A model generated the notes under the pieces. That model had not been told where the DNA came from. It did no database searches and was given only the letters and a program-made list of their open reading frames with translations. A DNA stretch of 64,000 bases. Source: Trichoplax adhaerens (taxonomy: Eukaryota > Animalia > Placozoa). The stretch is from assembly GCF_000150275.1 (NCBI RefSeq), contig NW_002060961.1, forward strand, positions 62,001 through 126,000, in the 5' to 3' direction. A program made the translations under genes and the position numbers. Shown piece by piece: positions 11,179 through 24,917 of this stretch (its first letter is position 1; each line of letters opens with the position of its first letter).

Positions 11179-14143
11179 TTACAATTTTGATGGCTTTTTA
11201 CCAAACATGTAGAAAAATGGATAGCAAAGCTGTAACATTTCTCCTCCTGTACTTTCTCTTAACATTTCGGCGAATCTAAAATGTTTATGCAAGTATTTAA
11301 TTATGCATCATAAATAGTAATTCCTAACTCTCTTGTCCCTGTAACAAGACAACCTCCATTTTCACTTTATTTATGCAGTAACAATTCTTTAGTAGCGTTT
11401 GTTGTTTAAACGTACGTCCCAATGATCATATGTTCTTGATCATTTTCATTTAGTAAGGGATAACTATTTAAAGTGAAATTATTTTTAAATTATTTTTACT
11501 TACCGGTACTGGTACTATACTACAACGTCATCTATACTTATTTTATAGGGTATTACCCGTATGATATATTATGTCTGGCTTGCTAATTTCATAGCTAAGT
11601 TATTAAGAATATTACATACCGTACTAATAACATCCGATTTGCATTGGTGATCTAGTGATATTATTTAACTATGGTCAAACTGAATTATATATTGCGATCT
11701 GATTATATTTTATCGTCAAAACTGCCCACAGCTTTTCTTAATAGTCACAAAGCATAGTAAGACTTATATCCAACATGATGATAATTATGATGGAAGATCC
11801 AATGATTCAGCGAAAGTAGATTTAGTAACGTAGCCATTTAGAGATTGACACAAAGGCGTAGAGTAAGAAAATAGATTTTAAATTATTGACTACAAGTATC
11901 AAGTACTTACAGCAGACCAGTGTGTAAGCTATCATGAAGTAAAGTAAGAATCATTAACACCGTAACTATTGCAACTAACAACTTAATCTGAGGCAGAAAT
12001 TGTTAGTACTGCATTGAAAGCTTAAGAGATAGTACACCGGCAGAGAATACAATTGTGAATTAGTTCCGGAAGTTAAGCTAATGATTATGGAAAATGGCCA
12101 AGACTGTAAGTGCTATAAATAATTCAACACGACAAGTTATATTGGAATGTACGAGTATTGTAATAAGAATGTAAAGGTACCTACGTATATATTTAAGAAC
12201 AGTTATAAAATGCCTCAATTGAAGAGTATGATGATCATTCCAGTACATTCTGAAAACACTACAATCGCCCCAACCACCCTCTCTTTAAAATAGCAAGATG
12301 GTATTTTATGACTACTGCTAATAAAATAACTATAATATGTCCTGCTTGACATATTTATCTATCCACTAACCTTCTTTTCAATTCCGGATCTGGATACGGT
12401 AATTCGGCATCAACGCTATCGCCATACGTGTGAAGTAGACCAATATAACTATCGATATCCATCTGGTTGTCGACAGTATTTGATTCGCCCCTAAAAGCAC
12501 GTATAAAATTTATTAGAATTGAAATATCTGCAATGCACGAGCTGCAGACTATTACTAGCCAAGATCGTATGCCATAACTTTACAAGCTATAAGAAATACT
12601 TGAGCTGAAATGTTGCTATTCTTGCTCATACAGTATTATCAAAGCTCTATCAAGAAATGAATTACTCGTTTCATATCTTTCTTTCACTCTCTATATATGT
12701 TTTATCTTACCTTACTGCCTGGCTAAAAGGCCACTCGATATTACTATAGCGACATTTGCCACAATATTTAGCAAATTGATATGTCTCAACACTCAATGGA
12801 CCATTATATATCTAAATATCAATATTTACAGAAAAATATAAAATAAAAAATGATTCTATTGGCAATCAATATCAAGCTAATATTGAAACTAGTCTATAAG
12901 CCATTCAGCCATCATTCCACATCCAAGTGATTAGCTAATTGTCCCGACAGTGTTATAGATTTCTTGTAGTTGTCTCCTTGTTTAATGAGTTTTCCGTAGG
13001 ATGAATCATTTTTTATGCAGCCCATTTTGCATGGCTATCTTAAACTACTCTTCTGATTAGAATTACTTAAAATATTTTATGATTCTGAGCTACACATCTA
13101 CCTAACTCTAATCTAGTTGACATCGTTGAACTGCATTTCTATATACCACATTCCTATATCGGGTACCCATGCAAATCATGCTAGTCTACTTGATTAAATC
13201 AAAAAATAATTACTAATGCCTCTTTTCCAACATCTATGAATATAGCTATGACTTAATCTTATGGTCTCTGTGCGATACTACTAACCTACAGTAAAATAGT
13301 TGGCGTCGTTGAACTTCTTTTTAACTTGCCATTTTAGATCTTATGCTACTCAACTTGATTATAAATCTAAATACAATCACACTTGTTACGACACCTTCCC
13401 CTGCCTCTATGATTGAAACTTGCAGTTTATAAATCATGGTCAACGATCGAAATAGTGTACGAGTACAATACTAGGCATAAGTAACGTTATATGCATATTA
13501 GATAGGATGGACTCTAGTTCATGCTAGCTGAACGAGTATACCTAGCCAAATTTTTACGATGAAAATAGCAGACAACGATAGCGATAGGTAATAGTATTTG
13601 ATAGAATGAACTCAAGCTCATTTCAGTTTCTTGATAGTAACTTACGTAATAATTTAATTCCTCAGCTTGATCACAATTCATGATAACAGGATCATTATAG
13701 GCATACAATGCTACACAACCTGTACCAGGCTTAAGAACGCGATTAACTTCAGAAAGAAATTGATCGATATTAAACCAGTGGATAGCCTGAGCACATATAA
13801 CCAAATCGACGATATTATCTTCGAGGGGAAGATTTTCCGCTGGGCTAAGTTGATAGGTAATATTAGGATCATGGTTGTCTTGGCGAGCTAGATCGATTTG
13901 AGTTGCGCTATGATCGAAACCGATAATTCGATTAAAATACGGAGCATATTGCTGGGTTGATGTACCGGGACCACAGCCAACGTCGATGGCTAAATCAAAT
14001 TTGTCTTGTTGATTTATTCCTTGTTTTAAATAATCCATCACTTGTTGGATAAGAGAAGGCGGATAAGTAGGCCTGAATTTATCATAATTTTGACTTATCC
14101 AATTTTTATCAAAGACGTGATAAGGCTTATCTGGTTGTGTCAT
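11179..14143 (-). CDS. Class I SAM-dependent methyltransferase (Methyltransf_11; Crg1/Tmt1/DDB_G0268948-like), paralog 1, 4 exons, 271 aa
   Basis: Motifs Y..FRPTYP, AIDVGCGPG, GFDHSATQI, AENLP...VDLV.CAQAIHWF and RVLKPG. Exons 14143-13646, 12811-12711, 12490-12371 and 11275-11179 join in frame with GT-AG introns and end ...FGKKPSKL*. Confidence 0.9.
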
Positions 14144-14403
14144 GCTTAATGAGAACTTCTGAGAAAGCTAAAGGTAATTCTTATATAGAACTACTTCAAT
14201 TAATCGACTAAGATACGTTTAATGGATTGATTTTGCAGTCACTTTATAGCCAATGTACAATATTTCACGATGTAGTTGCTGAAAAGGATGAAATAGATTA
14301 TCGATTCACTACTTTCAAAGATTGGAAGTAGAAGATCTAGACAAAAATAAATTGTAAAGAATGAATCTCAAAATATCGACTAGGATGGCCACGTATCTAT
14401 TGC

Positions 14404-14537
14404 GGTCCATGTATGTGATGAAGACATCGTATATGCTGACTGTGATGACGAGGGCAATCTATATGATGGCCGAACTAACAGGCAAGCTTTCGCCATCATG
14501 GTCAGCGTATAAGATGCCTTTATAACATACATGGACC
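14404..14537. repeat. Ungapped 52-bp stem / 30-nt loop hairpin, present upstream of paralog 1 only
   Basis: 14404-14455 pairs with 14486-14537 (42 of 52 Watson-Crick). Absent at the paralogous site near 21600. Confidence 0.9.
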
Positions 14538-16944
14538 CTAACATATCTGAGAATTGAGATAGGGATAGGGAGAAAACTGTGTGTTTCGATCGGAGTCTAT
14601 TTCAAAGATAGTACCGTAACAACTTAAAAATCTATGCTGTAATTTTATGAATCTTCAAAGCAATGCATCTAAGAATTGAGATAAGGATAGGAAAATAAAC
14701 TGGTGAGTTATGCTCAGAGTTCATTTTAAGGAGAAGATTGACTTGGTCAAATCTTATCTGTCATTAAAGTAAAAAAATAGTACTTCCCCTTAACACGAAG
14801 TTTAGTTTAAGATATTCTTACAGTTGTAATTAAATTGAAATTCTCATTTTTATTCGTTGTACGATCTTATCAAGTTTCATCGAGAATCAATTCCAATTAA
14901 CTCAATGATACAAGTTAATGTCTAGTTCAATTGAACGGTGATTAAGCTTTCAAGAGGCAAATAGCGCCATCCCATTATGGTTAATCACGTACACTGCTAA
15001 GACTGTGCGATCGTTTCTTAATAGGTGCAAGTTAAATGATTTACGTCACGGTGACAATTTGCCTCGAGTTTACTTTATCCAATATGATGACTCTAGCGCA
15101 CAGGATGCATATAATAACTAACTCCAAGTGTTTCAAATAAGATAGAATTAGTGTAGAATATCGTGTATATACATCTACTTATTAAGGATGCTATACTTCA
15201 AAAAACTGAGGAAAAAGCATTCGTAGATGATTACTTTAATACTTAGTCAACTATAACTCAACAATTTAAATGGTTGGTTAAACAAGTAAAATATATATCT
15301 AACAACTAACAATGTATTACCTTATTTAACTATTTTCTACTTGTCTAGCTAATATCGACCTTACTATTTTTACTACATCAATGGATTAACTCATGTCGGC
15401 CAAGGGAACATGTAAAACGGATAGCACTCACATGAAATAAAAATGGACGAAGTACGATCAATAACAATCTAGATAAATTGATTAGGTTGATATTAGAATC
15501 ATGAATGAGATAATTTCTACTAGTCTACTGTTACAAATTTTTTCAACAAAGTAAATCAATCATCGCGACTATTCTAGATCTATCTATTCTATTACTCTTT
15601 GACTTACCGAGAGTTGAAAGGGTTGGAATGGCTTCAAGATGGTTTCCACAATATCCTTTATGATAGGCAGTTTACAAAATAAAGCATCATTCTATAGGAT
15701 ACTGGAGATTGCATGCATTAATATTTGATTATACTTCAATAAAAAATAATGCAGATTAATTATAAATGCGTAGATAACAATAAGGAACTACAACTAGTTG
15801 AATAAATAACTAATAGCTACCATAATAAAATACTTTTATCGCAGCAACTGTTCTGTAACAATGTCAATTTGAGTATAGTATTACTTGTTCTGCCTACTAT
15901 GGCCAACGCTATAATTCTTCATATTCTACATTACTATGATCAGTCAGTATAAGCTCTTTATGAAGACATATTACCTAATGGAAGCAATTATTTATTGTAG
16001 TCGAACCTTTTATTGGCTCTAAATCTACCTCTCTGTATTGATCAATTATTAGCTAGCCAATAATTCTTCCATTTTATTGTTAAGTCGAACTTTTATTGAC
16101 CATGAATCGTTTCCTATATGAGAGCTTTAGTATTATCCATTTTAATATCTATTTCTTACATTATTTGTAGCATTACTATCATTATCGTCATTAAACAGCC
16201 TGAAAATATACCATCAGAAATCATATATTGCTATTAGAATATCCTACCACTCCTCTAACAATGATGCTTTTAAATTAATTAGGCTCAGAATGATACAGTG
16301 TCCGTACGTAATTATATGAATCAATCGATTTTTCTATGTAGCTGTTACAATTTAGACATTGAGAACGGGTCTTAAACACTATTGTCACTAATACTTGTGT
16401 CCCCAATTGACTTAGGAGACTTATCGTAGTTAGACTAACTTTTGACTACACAGATAAGTTGCCAACGGGTAATAAGTTTAAGGACTATATTTATTGAGAT
16501 AAATCCTAGTCAAAAAATATACTAAAAAGTACGTTAGAAAACTCTTGGCAATAATGATCAAGTGAATCTAAAAATGATTAAATGGAACTGAACAGGTAAT
16601 TTAGTGCTCGGTTTTATATGTCTCGGCCTCCGCCGGTGGTGCTTGTGTTAACAGCTTAGACATAGCGACTTACACTGTATATTATAGGAGTCTAGATAAA
16701 AGGAGTTAACATAGATCAGTATAAGTCAACGCTAATTAACAATCATAAACTATTTGCGCTAATTAGAGCCTCAAGGCTCAGCACGAATTACGCCTTACAC
16801 TTAAGTATTAATATTCAGTTACTTAGATTTTAACCTTGACAACAGCAAGTCTCGTTAACGTCTATTAAACTACTGGAACAAACAACAATTTATATCAGAT
16901 ATTTTAATTAACGCTGTCATCATTATTTCGGAGCTTGGCTCCGT

Positions 16945-17295
16945 AACAGTATCAGTTAAGGGCTGAATTTATAGTCAGAAGGAATATTCGTATATGTCTA
17001 TCCTTACTACAATTAAGCCACAACATCGATAAAATTAATTAGGCTAAGAACTATACAGTTATGTATTTACTGATCTATTTTTTTAGGTATCAGTGAAGGG
17101 CTGAGTTTGTAGCAGTAGGAATATACACATATCCTTATTCCAATTAAGCCAGAACACCAACAAAATTAAGTAGACTAAGAGCTATACAATTATGTAATTA
17201 TCAATCTATTTTTCTATGTATCAGGTAAGGACTGAGTTTGTAGTCTGAAGGAATAAACGCCCATTCTTATTCCAATTAAGCCACAATATCAATAG
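16945..17295. repeat. Tandem repeat, 3 units of ~135 bp
   Basis: gtatcag...aagggctga.ttt.tag and ccttatt.caattaagcca at ~16950, 17088 and 17218. Confidence 0.85.
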
Positions 17296-18856
17296 AAATG
17301 ATGATCGATTTTATATTTTAAAGTCATACAATATCGAATCTGTGATCCTTATTGGCAATAAGGGAGTAATTGCCATATTACTTTTATTGCTCCTTTGCAA
17401 TACATCAATAATATTCTAATCAGCATTATAGAGTAATCGGATGTTAATAAAATGTTGTCAAATTATGCAAAGTAAACTTGCAAATGAGTGTTCAATCATA
17501 ATATTACTACTCAGCAATGGTTAATATAATTTTAATCTGTCCAGTAGCATTATTCTTCACATTAGGATATGTAGGGCAGATATTATAATTGCCGAATTAT
17601 TATCAAAGACTGTAATAAGGTTTCATCCGTGAATGCATTATTGAAAAGTAGTATTCTAGAAGCATAGTTGTGAATATAGTAGTGCCCGGCTATTGCCGGG
17701 ATATATATAATGTCGAATGGTAATACTAACTATTAATTATTAACAAATACAGTATTGCAGTGCTGTACCGCACATTTGTGCAGCATAAAGTACAGTGCAC
17801 GGTATAAAGTTACTGAACCTCTGACAGGTCTATCAAATGGTAATACTATCTGTTAAATGAGCACATTATCGTAAACCGTCAGCAAAGCGACGGGAGTTTG
17901 TACTAGTTTATTCTACTTGGACGATTACTGTTTTTTTTAACTGTTCAAATTCAAGCGATTTTTACAACATCATTAAAAAAGAGGATGGATTAACTATCAG
18001 CATATATGGTATTTGCTTAATTCTAACGTGATTGATAATATACCAAATAGGTAGTGGTTATGTGTTGGAGAGAAATGAAGTAACTACTGTAGGTTAAGCA
18101 AAACTAAGTAGTTTATTATTTCATTATGTAGCACAAGCAAAAGACTAGGCCAAAAATGACCATAGCGCTGCACAGCTCAAGATAAACTTAATTATTGCAT
18201 AATAGATATAGCATTATATTCTGCTCTATATTGCAGATACCCTATTTAAGTAATTCGATTGTAATCACAAGCTACGCAAATCAAAATAGCACTAAAACCA
18301 GCAGACAAAGAATAAAATCACAAGATTGATATCGTAATGTTATGCATTATAATATCATATCAAATTATCAAAATGTTATTTTAGCAAATATGGTATTATC
18401 CTACGATTCTATAGTATATCACGGTTACCTTAGGCAATGTCTTAGCACTAAAACAACATATCAAAAAAGCATATTATTAACCATAGTTAGCTATAGTAGT
18501 AATACGGAAAAATAAACTATCACGTTACAACAATATCGAAAAAATACAATCATTCTAGACCGAGTCCATTCTGATATTATCCTTTTTAATGAATAACGAT
18601 AAGCTACGAGATAGCTTAGTCTTGTAGCAACATAAATTCTTTCATTCTCATTTGTAGATTAAGGAAAGCAGTCTTTTTTCTGTCGATTTTAATAAAAATG
18701 AATATGGACTAGCGAATGATCCAAATTCCCAATACTTTTAATTCAATAACGTTTAGTAATTCCCAAAGGAAGGTAAGGAGATACTTTCAGGAAAGTTTAA
18801 TAAGTACACCCATCAAAGGTCGATTGCTGGTCATTAAGTTTATCAAACTAGAGAAT

Positions 18857-21354
18857 TTATATCTTTGACGGCTTACGGCCAAGCATATAATAATATGTAT
18901 AGCGATGTTGTAAAATTTCTGCCCCTGTACTTTCTTTCAACATTTTGGCCAGTCTGCAACATCAATGCAAATGTTAAAATTTATATTATCAATAGTAACT
19001 CCAAAATACCTCGATAAAATAAGTCTAATTTCCTAATTTTTATGACAAAGCCATTAAGAATAAAATGTACTTTACTAATGGCATTATAGATGGTATAGTT
19101 GTATTATTGAGCTAAGGTAAACCTGAATGGTATCTTTCAGTTGATTTGTATTTATCGACAAAAATTGCCAATAGTTGTTCTTCATTGTCATAAAGCATGG
19201 AAACATTTCTATCCAACATGATGATAGAAATCAATAATATATACGTGCTTATTAACTGACCTTATTTTCAATTCTGGATCTGGATATGGCAAATCGACAT
19301 TTACGTTATCACTATAGGTGTGAAGTAGATTAACATAAGCCTCGACATCCAATGGACTGTCGACAATAATTGAACTGTCCCTAGCACATGTAAAATTCAT
19401 TAAAATTGAGATAAAATACGTGCAATATACAAGCTGCATGTTATCACAAGTTATGATCGGATACAATAATTTTATAAGCTGAAAGAAACACTCGAGCTGT
19501 AATATGGCTATTCCTGCTAATACTATCCCCGTTCTATCAAGAAATAAATTACTTATTTCATATCTTTCTTCTACGCTCTCATTTGTCTTACCTTATTGTT
19601 TGGCTAAAAGGCCATTCGATATTTTTATAGCAACATTTAGTAAAATAATGAGCCGACTTATATTCCGGAACATCAAATAGATCAAAATAAATCTAAGTAT
19701 CACAATTTCAAAAAGTTAAATGAAAAAATTGATTCCATTGATAACCAATAACAAGCAAAGATTAATCTAGTTTTTAAGCTATTTAGCCATCATTTTACAT
19801 TCAAGGAACTAGTGAATTGTCCTGATAGTTTATGGATTCCTTATAGTTTTTCTCCACTGTCTATGACTTTTAATTACAATAGGTATCATTTTATTATATG
19901 GTCGACATTGCATGACGATTCTAAGCTGCTCTTCTGATCGGAAAATTACTTAAATTATCGTGTAATTTTAAGCTATACTCTTCATTAACTCTAGTCTAGT
20001 TGACATCGTTGAACTATACGCGCATTTCTACCTGCCATGTTCCAGCATCAGTTAACCATGCAAATGATACTAATTAACTTGATTACAACCACAAAGTGAT
20101 TACTTATATTCTTTCTCCTATAACGATAACTTGATCTTATAGCTTCTATGTTACGCTACTATACTACTATAAAACAGCTTGCATGGTGATTTTAAACTAC
20201 TCTTCCGATCGAAAAATGACTTAAATAATCTAGTGATTCTGAGTCATACTCTTTAACTCTAATCTACGCAAATGACATTGTTAAACTACGTTTCTACCTG
20301 CCATATTCCAGCGTGGGTTAATCATGCAAATGATACTACTTTGCTTGATTACAATCACAAAATGATTACTTATGTCTCTTCTCCTACAACAATAACTTGA
20401 TCTTATAGCTTTCATGTTACACTACTGTCTTATTGTGAACTATTTTCCCATTCGCCACGTTACACAGACCAACTTAACATCGTATGGCTACTTAACTTGG
20501 TTATGAATCAAAATTACAATTATTCTTGTTACTTTCCTCAGCCACTTTAATGGAGAGTTAAGGCTAATGAATCATAGTCAACGATCAAAATAGTATACAA
20601 CGTTAGCCATTGGTTACGATAGGGACAAGTATTCGATTGAACGAATTCAAGCTCATTCTAGCTAAGCGAACATACCTACTCAGAATTTTACTAAGTCAAT
20701 TTCCATTTCTTGAAAGTAACTTACATGATGATTTAGTTGCTGAGCTTCATCACAATTCATGATAACCGGAATGCTATAAGCATATAGTGCTACACAACCT
20801 GGAGTAGGTTTAAGGAAACAATTAACTTCAGCAAAAACTAGATCCATATTAAACTATAATTGCTCGACTTGATCATAATTCATGATAACAAGAAGGCTAT
20901 AAGCATACTGTACAATGCTATATATATAACCTGTATTAGGTTTTAGGACACGATTCACTTCAGCAAAAAATTGATCCATATTAAACCAGTGGATAGCCTG
21001 AGCACATACAACCAAATCGACAGTATTGTCTTCAAAGGGTAGTGTTTCTGCTGCGCTTACTTGAAAGGTAACATTAGGATGTTGATTTTCTTGGCGAGCT
21101 TGATCAAGTTGAGTTGCGCTATGATCCGTACCGATAACTCGATTAAAATATGGAGCATACTGTTTGGTCGATATACCGGACCCACAGCCAACATCAATGG
21201 CTAAATCAAATTTATCTTGTTGGCTTGCCCCTTGGCTTAAATAATCCATCACTCGTTGAATAAGAGAGGTTGGATAACTAGGCCTAAATTGATCATAATT
21301 TTGACTTATCCAAGTTTTATCATAGAGGTGATACGTCTGAGTTGGCTCTGTCAT
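18857..21354 (-). CDS. SAM-dependent methyltransferase paralog 2; 5 exons if 20930-20799 is spliced, 271 aa
   Basis: Exons 21354-20931, 20798-20725, 19692-19592, 19380-19261 and 18953-18857. Downstream exons are open and match paralog 1 in length (101/120/97 nt). The first two exons sum to 498 nt, identical to paralog 1 exon 1. The unspliced reading stops at 20854. Confidence 0.75.
19915..20430. repeat. Tandem duplication (~270 bp) inside a methyltransferase paralog 2 intron
   Basis: ctcttc.gatcg.aaaa..acttaaat, catgcaaatgatacta and aacttgatcttatagctt occur twice. The equivalent intron of paralog 1 has a single copy. Confidence 0.8.
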
Positions 21355-21594
21355 GGTTATTAAGAACTTTTCGGAAGATTGGAGTTAATTCTGATACAGG
21401 ACTGTTTCTAGCAATCGATCAAATAAGGCAAGTTCAATGGATCGATTTTGTAGTTACTTTATAGCCAATGTATATCAGGACTTACTTGTTGAACACAATA
21501 AAATGGATTGTTGATTCACCACTTTCAAAGATTGGAGGTACGAAATCTAGACAAAATAAATTGTAAAGAATCAATCATAAAATATCGGCCAGGA

Positions 21595-22320
21595 TGGCAA
21601 TGCATCTATGATTTAAAATAGGAATAAGGAAAAATTCTGTCTTTCAGTCAGAGTCAGTCCCAGGATAGTATTAGCTCACAGTCTATTCTCTAATTTCAAT
21701 TGTCTTTAAAGCTATGTATTTAAGAGTTGAGATTGGAACAAGAAAAACCTCTATATTTCTGTCAGAGTTTACTCTAGGATAGTATTAACTTATAACCTAT
21801 ACTCTAACTTTATCTATCTCCAAAGCTACAGTATACATGTAAGAGTTGCAATAGGAACAAGGAGAAACTCTGTGTTCCAGCCAGAGTTCACTCAAGGATA
21901 GTATTAACTTATAATCTAAATTCTGATTTTATTTATCTTCAAAGCGATGCATGTAAGGATTTGAGATAGGAAAAAGGAAAAACTCCGTTCCAGTCAGAGT
22001 TCATTAGTCTTAACTTATAATCTATGGTCTAATTTAATTTATCTTCAAAGCAATGCATCTAAGAGTTTGGATAATCAGAGTTCACTCAAGGATAGTATTA
22101 ACTTACTACCCATATTCTAATTTTATTTGTCTTCAAAGCTATGCATCTAAAAGTTGAGAAAGGAAAAAGGAAAAGCTCCGTGTTCCACTCTGAGTTAATT
22201 CAAGGATAGTATTAACTTACAATCTATCCTCCAATTTTGTTAGTCTTCAAAGCAATGCATCTACGAGTTGCGATCGGAATAAGGAAAAAAAACTTGGAGT
22301 TATGGTCAGAGTTCAGTTTG
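21595..22320. repeat. Tandem minisatellite, ~7-8 units of ~80-100 bp, upstream of paralog 2 (about 2 units at 14540-14730 upstream of paralog 1)
   Basis: Unit cttcaaagc.atgcatctaagagttgagataggaa..aggaaaaactc.gtgttccagtcagagttcactcaaggatagtattaacttataatcta. Confidence 0.9.
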
Positions 22321-23744
22321 ATGTAATACGAGCAAGTATTATTCCCCTACCCCTATCTAGTGATAGTTTCTCAATCATATTCTTCCAAATCCTAGCGGAT
22401 AGAATAGTGTTTTACTTCATAGTTATTGTTGAATATTACAGTAGTTAACATTTGGCAACACAATCGCTACAACATTCACTTAATATCTAACGTAGCAACA
22501 CGCTGACAAACATATGTTTGTCAAAGCATTTCTTCCATGCGTATAGTAGTCCTAAACTTGGTATAGTCTTTAAGCAAATTCGTACCCGGTGTTGGATTGG
22601 ACTTCTCTTCCCAATCCTAGAGCTTAGTTGAGATCAAGGAATGAGTGGGGTACTCTACTACAATTCCTTGAACTAAAATCATTGTTAAGAGGGAGCATAA
22701 TTTTAAATTTTTATTCAATTAAACAGTAATATTTTGTTCGATACTATTCAGTTATTTTTCACTAGTCTAGCGAATAGCTACCTTACTCTATTAGCTACGT
22801 TAATAGAATGACTCATGTCGGCCAAGGGAAACATGTAAAGTAGATAGTGCTCAGCTGAAATAAAGATGGTTAAACAACGATCATTCCTAATCCAGATAAA
22901 AAAGATTAGCTTGATATTAGTAGTCCCTGATATCGGAATCGTGAACAAAGATGGCGCCCACCAGTCTACTGTTACAGATTGTAAAATAGGGCTTAGTTTT
23001 ACTTCCATTGCAGTAGACTAGTTTCTACTAATATCAATACTGTCAATCAATCACGGCGGCTATTCGACATCTTTCTATTCCATCATAGTTTTACTTACTT
23101 GATAGGATCCAAATGATTTCTACAAGATCGTTGATGATAGAGAATTTACAATCTTAACCAGCATGCCAAAGTCTACTAATAAAAATTGGGAGGCACCAAT
23201 GAAGGACTACACTACAACTATTTCAATAGATGCCCTTGCTTATAGTTTCTAAGAAGAAAACTATTTTTACCTTAGCGATTATTCTAACAATGTCAAATCG
23301 AGTAACCAATTACTTGTTACCAATTATGACCAAAGCAATTACAGTTAGTAATTACTATTTATATTCTATTCTGCCGCGATTCAGTATCTATAAGAGAAGG
23401 CATTATGCAATAGCATTAATTAATTCTGTATTATTTAATAAACTTGTTTTGACTGTAAATTTTACATATACGTATGAATCAGTTATTAGTCTGACAATGG
23501 CTTTTCTATTTTATTCTAAAGTCGAAATCTTATTGGCCATGAATAGCTTATTATGAACGAACAGAAGAAGCTTTCTTGCTTGCGTTGGCCCCAATATTGC
23601 TGTCAATTTTAACACAAGACATTGGTCTATCCTACTACTGAATTAATAAATAATCAATACTACATGATTTCTGGTACAAACAAAGATTTTCCTTCCGTTG
23701 TTCAGACAGATTCATAAGCTATAGAAAAGATGCTCGCTATTAGT

Positions 23745-24360
23745 GTACAATAAAGTTCCACTATTTAATAACCACAACGTTAATAAGCATCTACATTGAT
23801 GAAAAGTTATGTCAAATGATGGCCTGGAAATTTCTACTTTTCCAATCAAGAGTACAACATGCTACGATTTACTGTATCAAATGTTACCAACGCTATTAAC
23901 TATATGCCCGTATAGATAATCATTTGTATCAATAAAAAATTTAGTTAAATTTTAAGCAGGAATTTCTTACTCATCGAATGAAAACTACAACAGATTACGA
24001 TTACTCTATAGAATATTTCCAGCGCTATTCACTATATACTCGTATAATAATCATTCGCATCAATAAAAACTTTGGTCAAATTTTTAGCAGGAAATTTTTA
24101 ATTGTCAATAAAAACTACAACATACCACGATTACTCAATAGAATCTTACCAACGCTATTCACTGTATACTCCTATAATCATTCGTATCAATGAGAACTAT
24201 GGTCAAATTATTAGCAGGAAATTCCTACTCCTCAAATGCAAACTGCAACATGCTACGATAATTTTGTAGAATATTACTAATGCTATTAACTATATACGTA
24301 TATAATCCTTCATATTTACCAGCAGAAAATTCCTACTATCAAGTAAAAACTACCATCGAA
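23745..24360. repeat. Tandem repeat, ~4-5 units of ~130 bp
   Basis: agcaggaaatt, aaaactacaaca, caacgctatt.actata and ataatcatt.gtatcaataaaaa recur about every 130 bp. Confidence 0.85.
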
Positions 24361-24917
24361 TACAAATACGCTAACGATGTAACCATTAATGATTATGAGT
24401 GATTTCTGCAAATTTGATTGGTGTAGCACAGGACCGTAGAAAAAAAAACAAAATTAGAATACAATTATTTTATATTATATATGTTATAGATATAAATTGA
24501 TATCGTTAAAAACTGATACAAAATGATAATCAGGAAATTTCTATGAACTTATTTCAATTTTATTTCCACAATCGCTAGCGATGACGATAGAATAATTAAT
24601 CCTAATGCATATCTAGATAATTTCGAAAATACAATTGCACTTGTTGTAATGAAGCTACAACGCCAATAGAAATTATTAGTAATTTTATATTTTGGGAGCA
24701 ATACAAATATTGATTCCGTAAATCACTTTGGTAATGGATACGCTTATTTTAGCAATTAAGCTTAGATTAATTCAAACCCGTCATATCAAAAAGTAGAGCA
24801 ATTAATGACTTTGTAAAAAATATAAAATATGCTCATACAACATTTAGTAATTACTTACAAGTTTTAGAAAACATAACACTAATCAGAACTGCTTAAACAA
24901 GTGGTGGTATAAAACAA

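Larger units (their letters stand above)
10330..16130. repeat. Segmental duplication unit 1 (paralogous to ~18050-23570 and partly ~24850-27080)
   Basis: Shared non-coding flanks, e.g. tatattctgctctatattgca (10487/18216), ttttaatgaataacgataa (10911/18584), ttcaaagattgga (14313/21523) and actcatgtcggccaaggga (15389/22811). Confidence 0.85.

Noticed and set aside
12491-12590. Conserved upstream AG in the methyltransferase intron preceding the RDSS/RGES exon, as an alternative acceptor in all three paralogs
   Set aside because: Its use gives an immediate stop, and the conservation is explained by recent duplication.
21595-22320. Regularly spaced repeats resembling a CRISPR array (also 4290-5400 and 23745-24360)
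   Set aside because: The whole unit is repeated with no unique spacers, there are no cas genes, and the context is eukaryotic.
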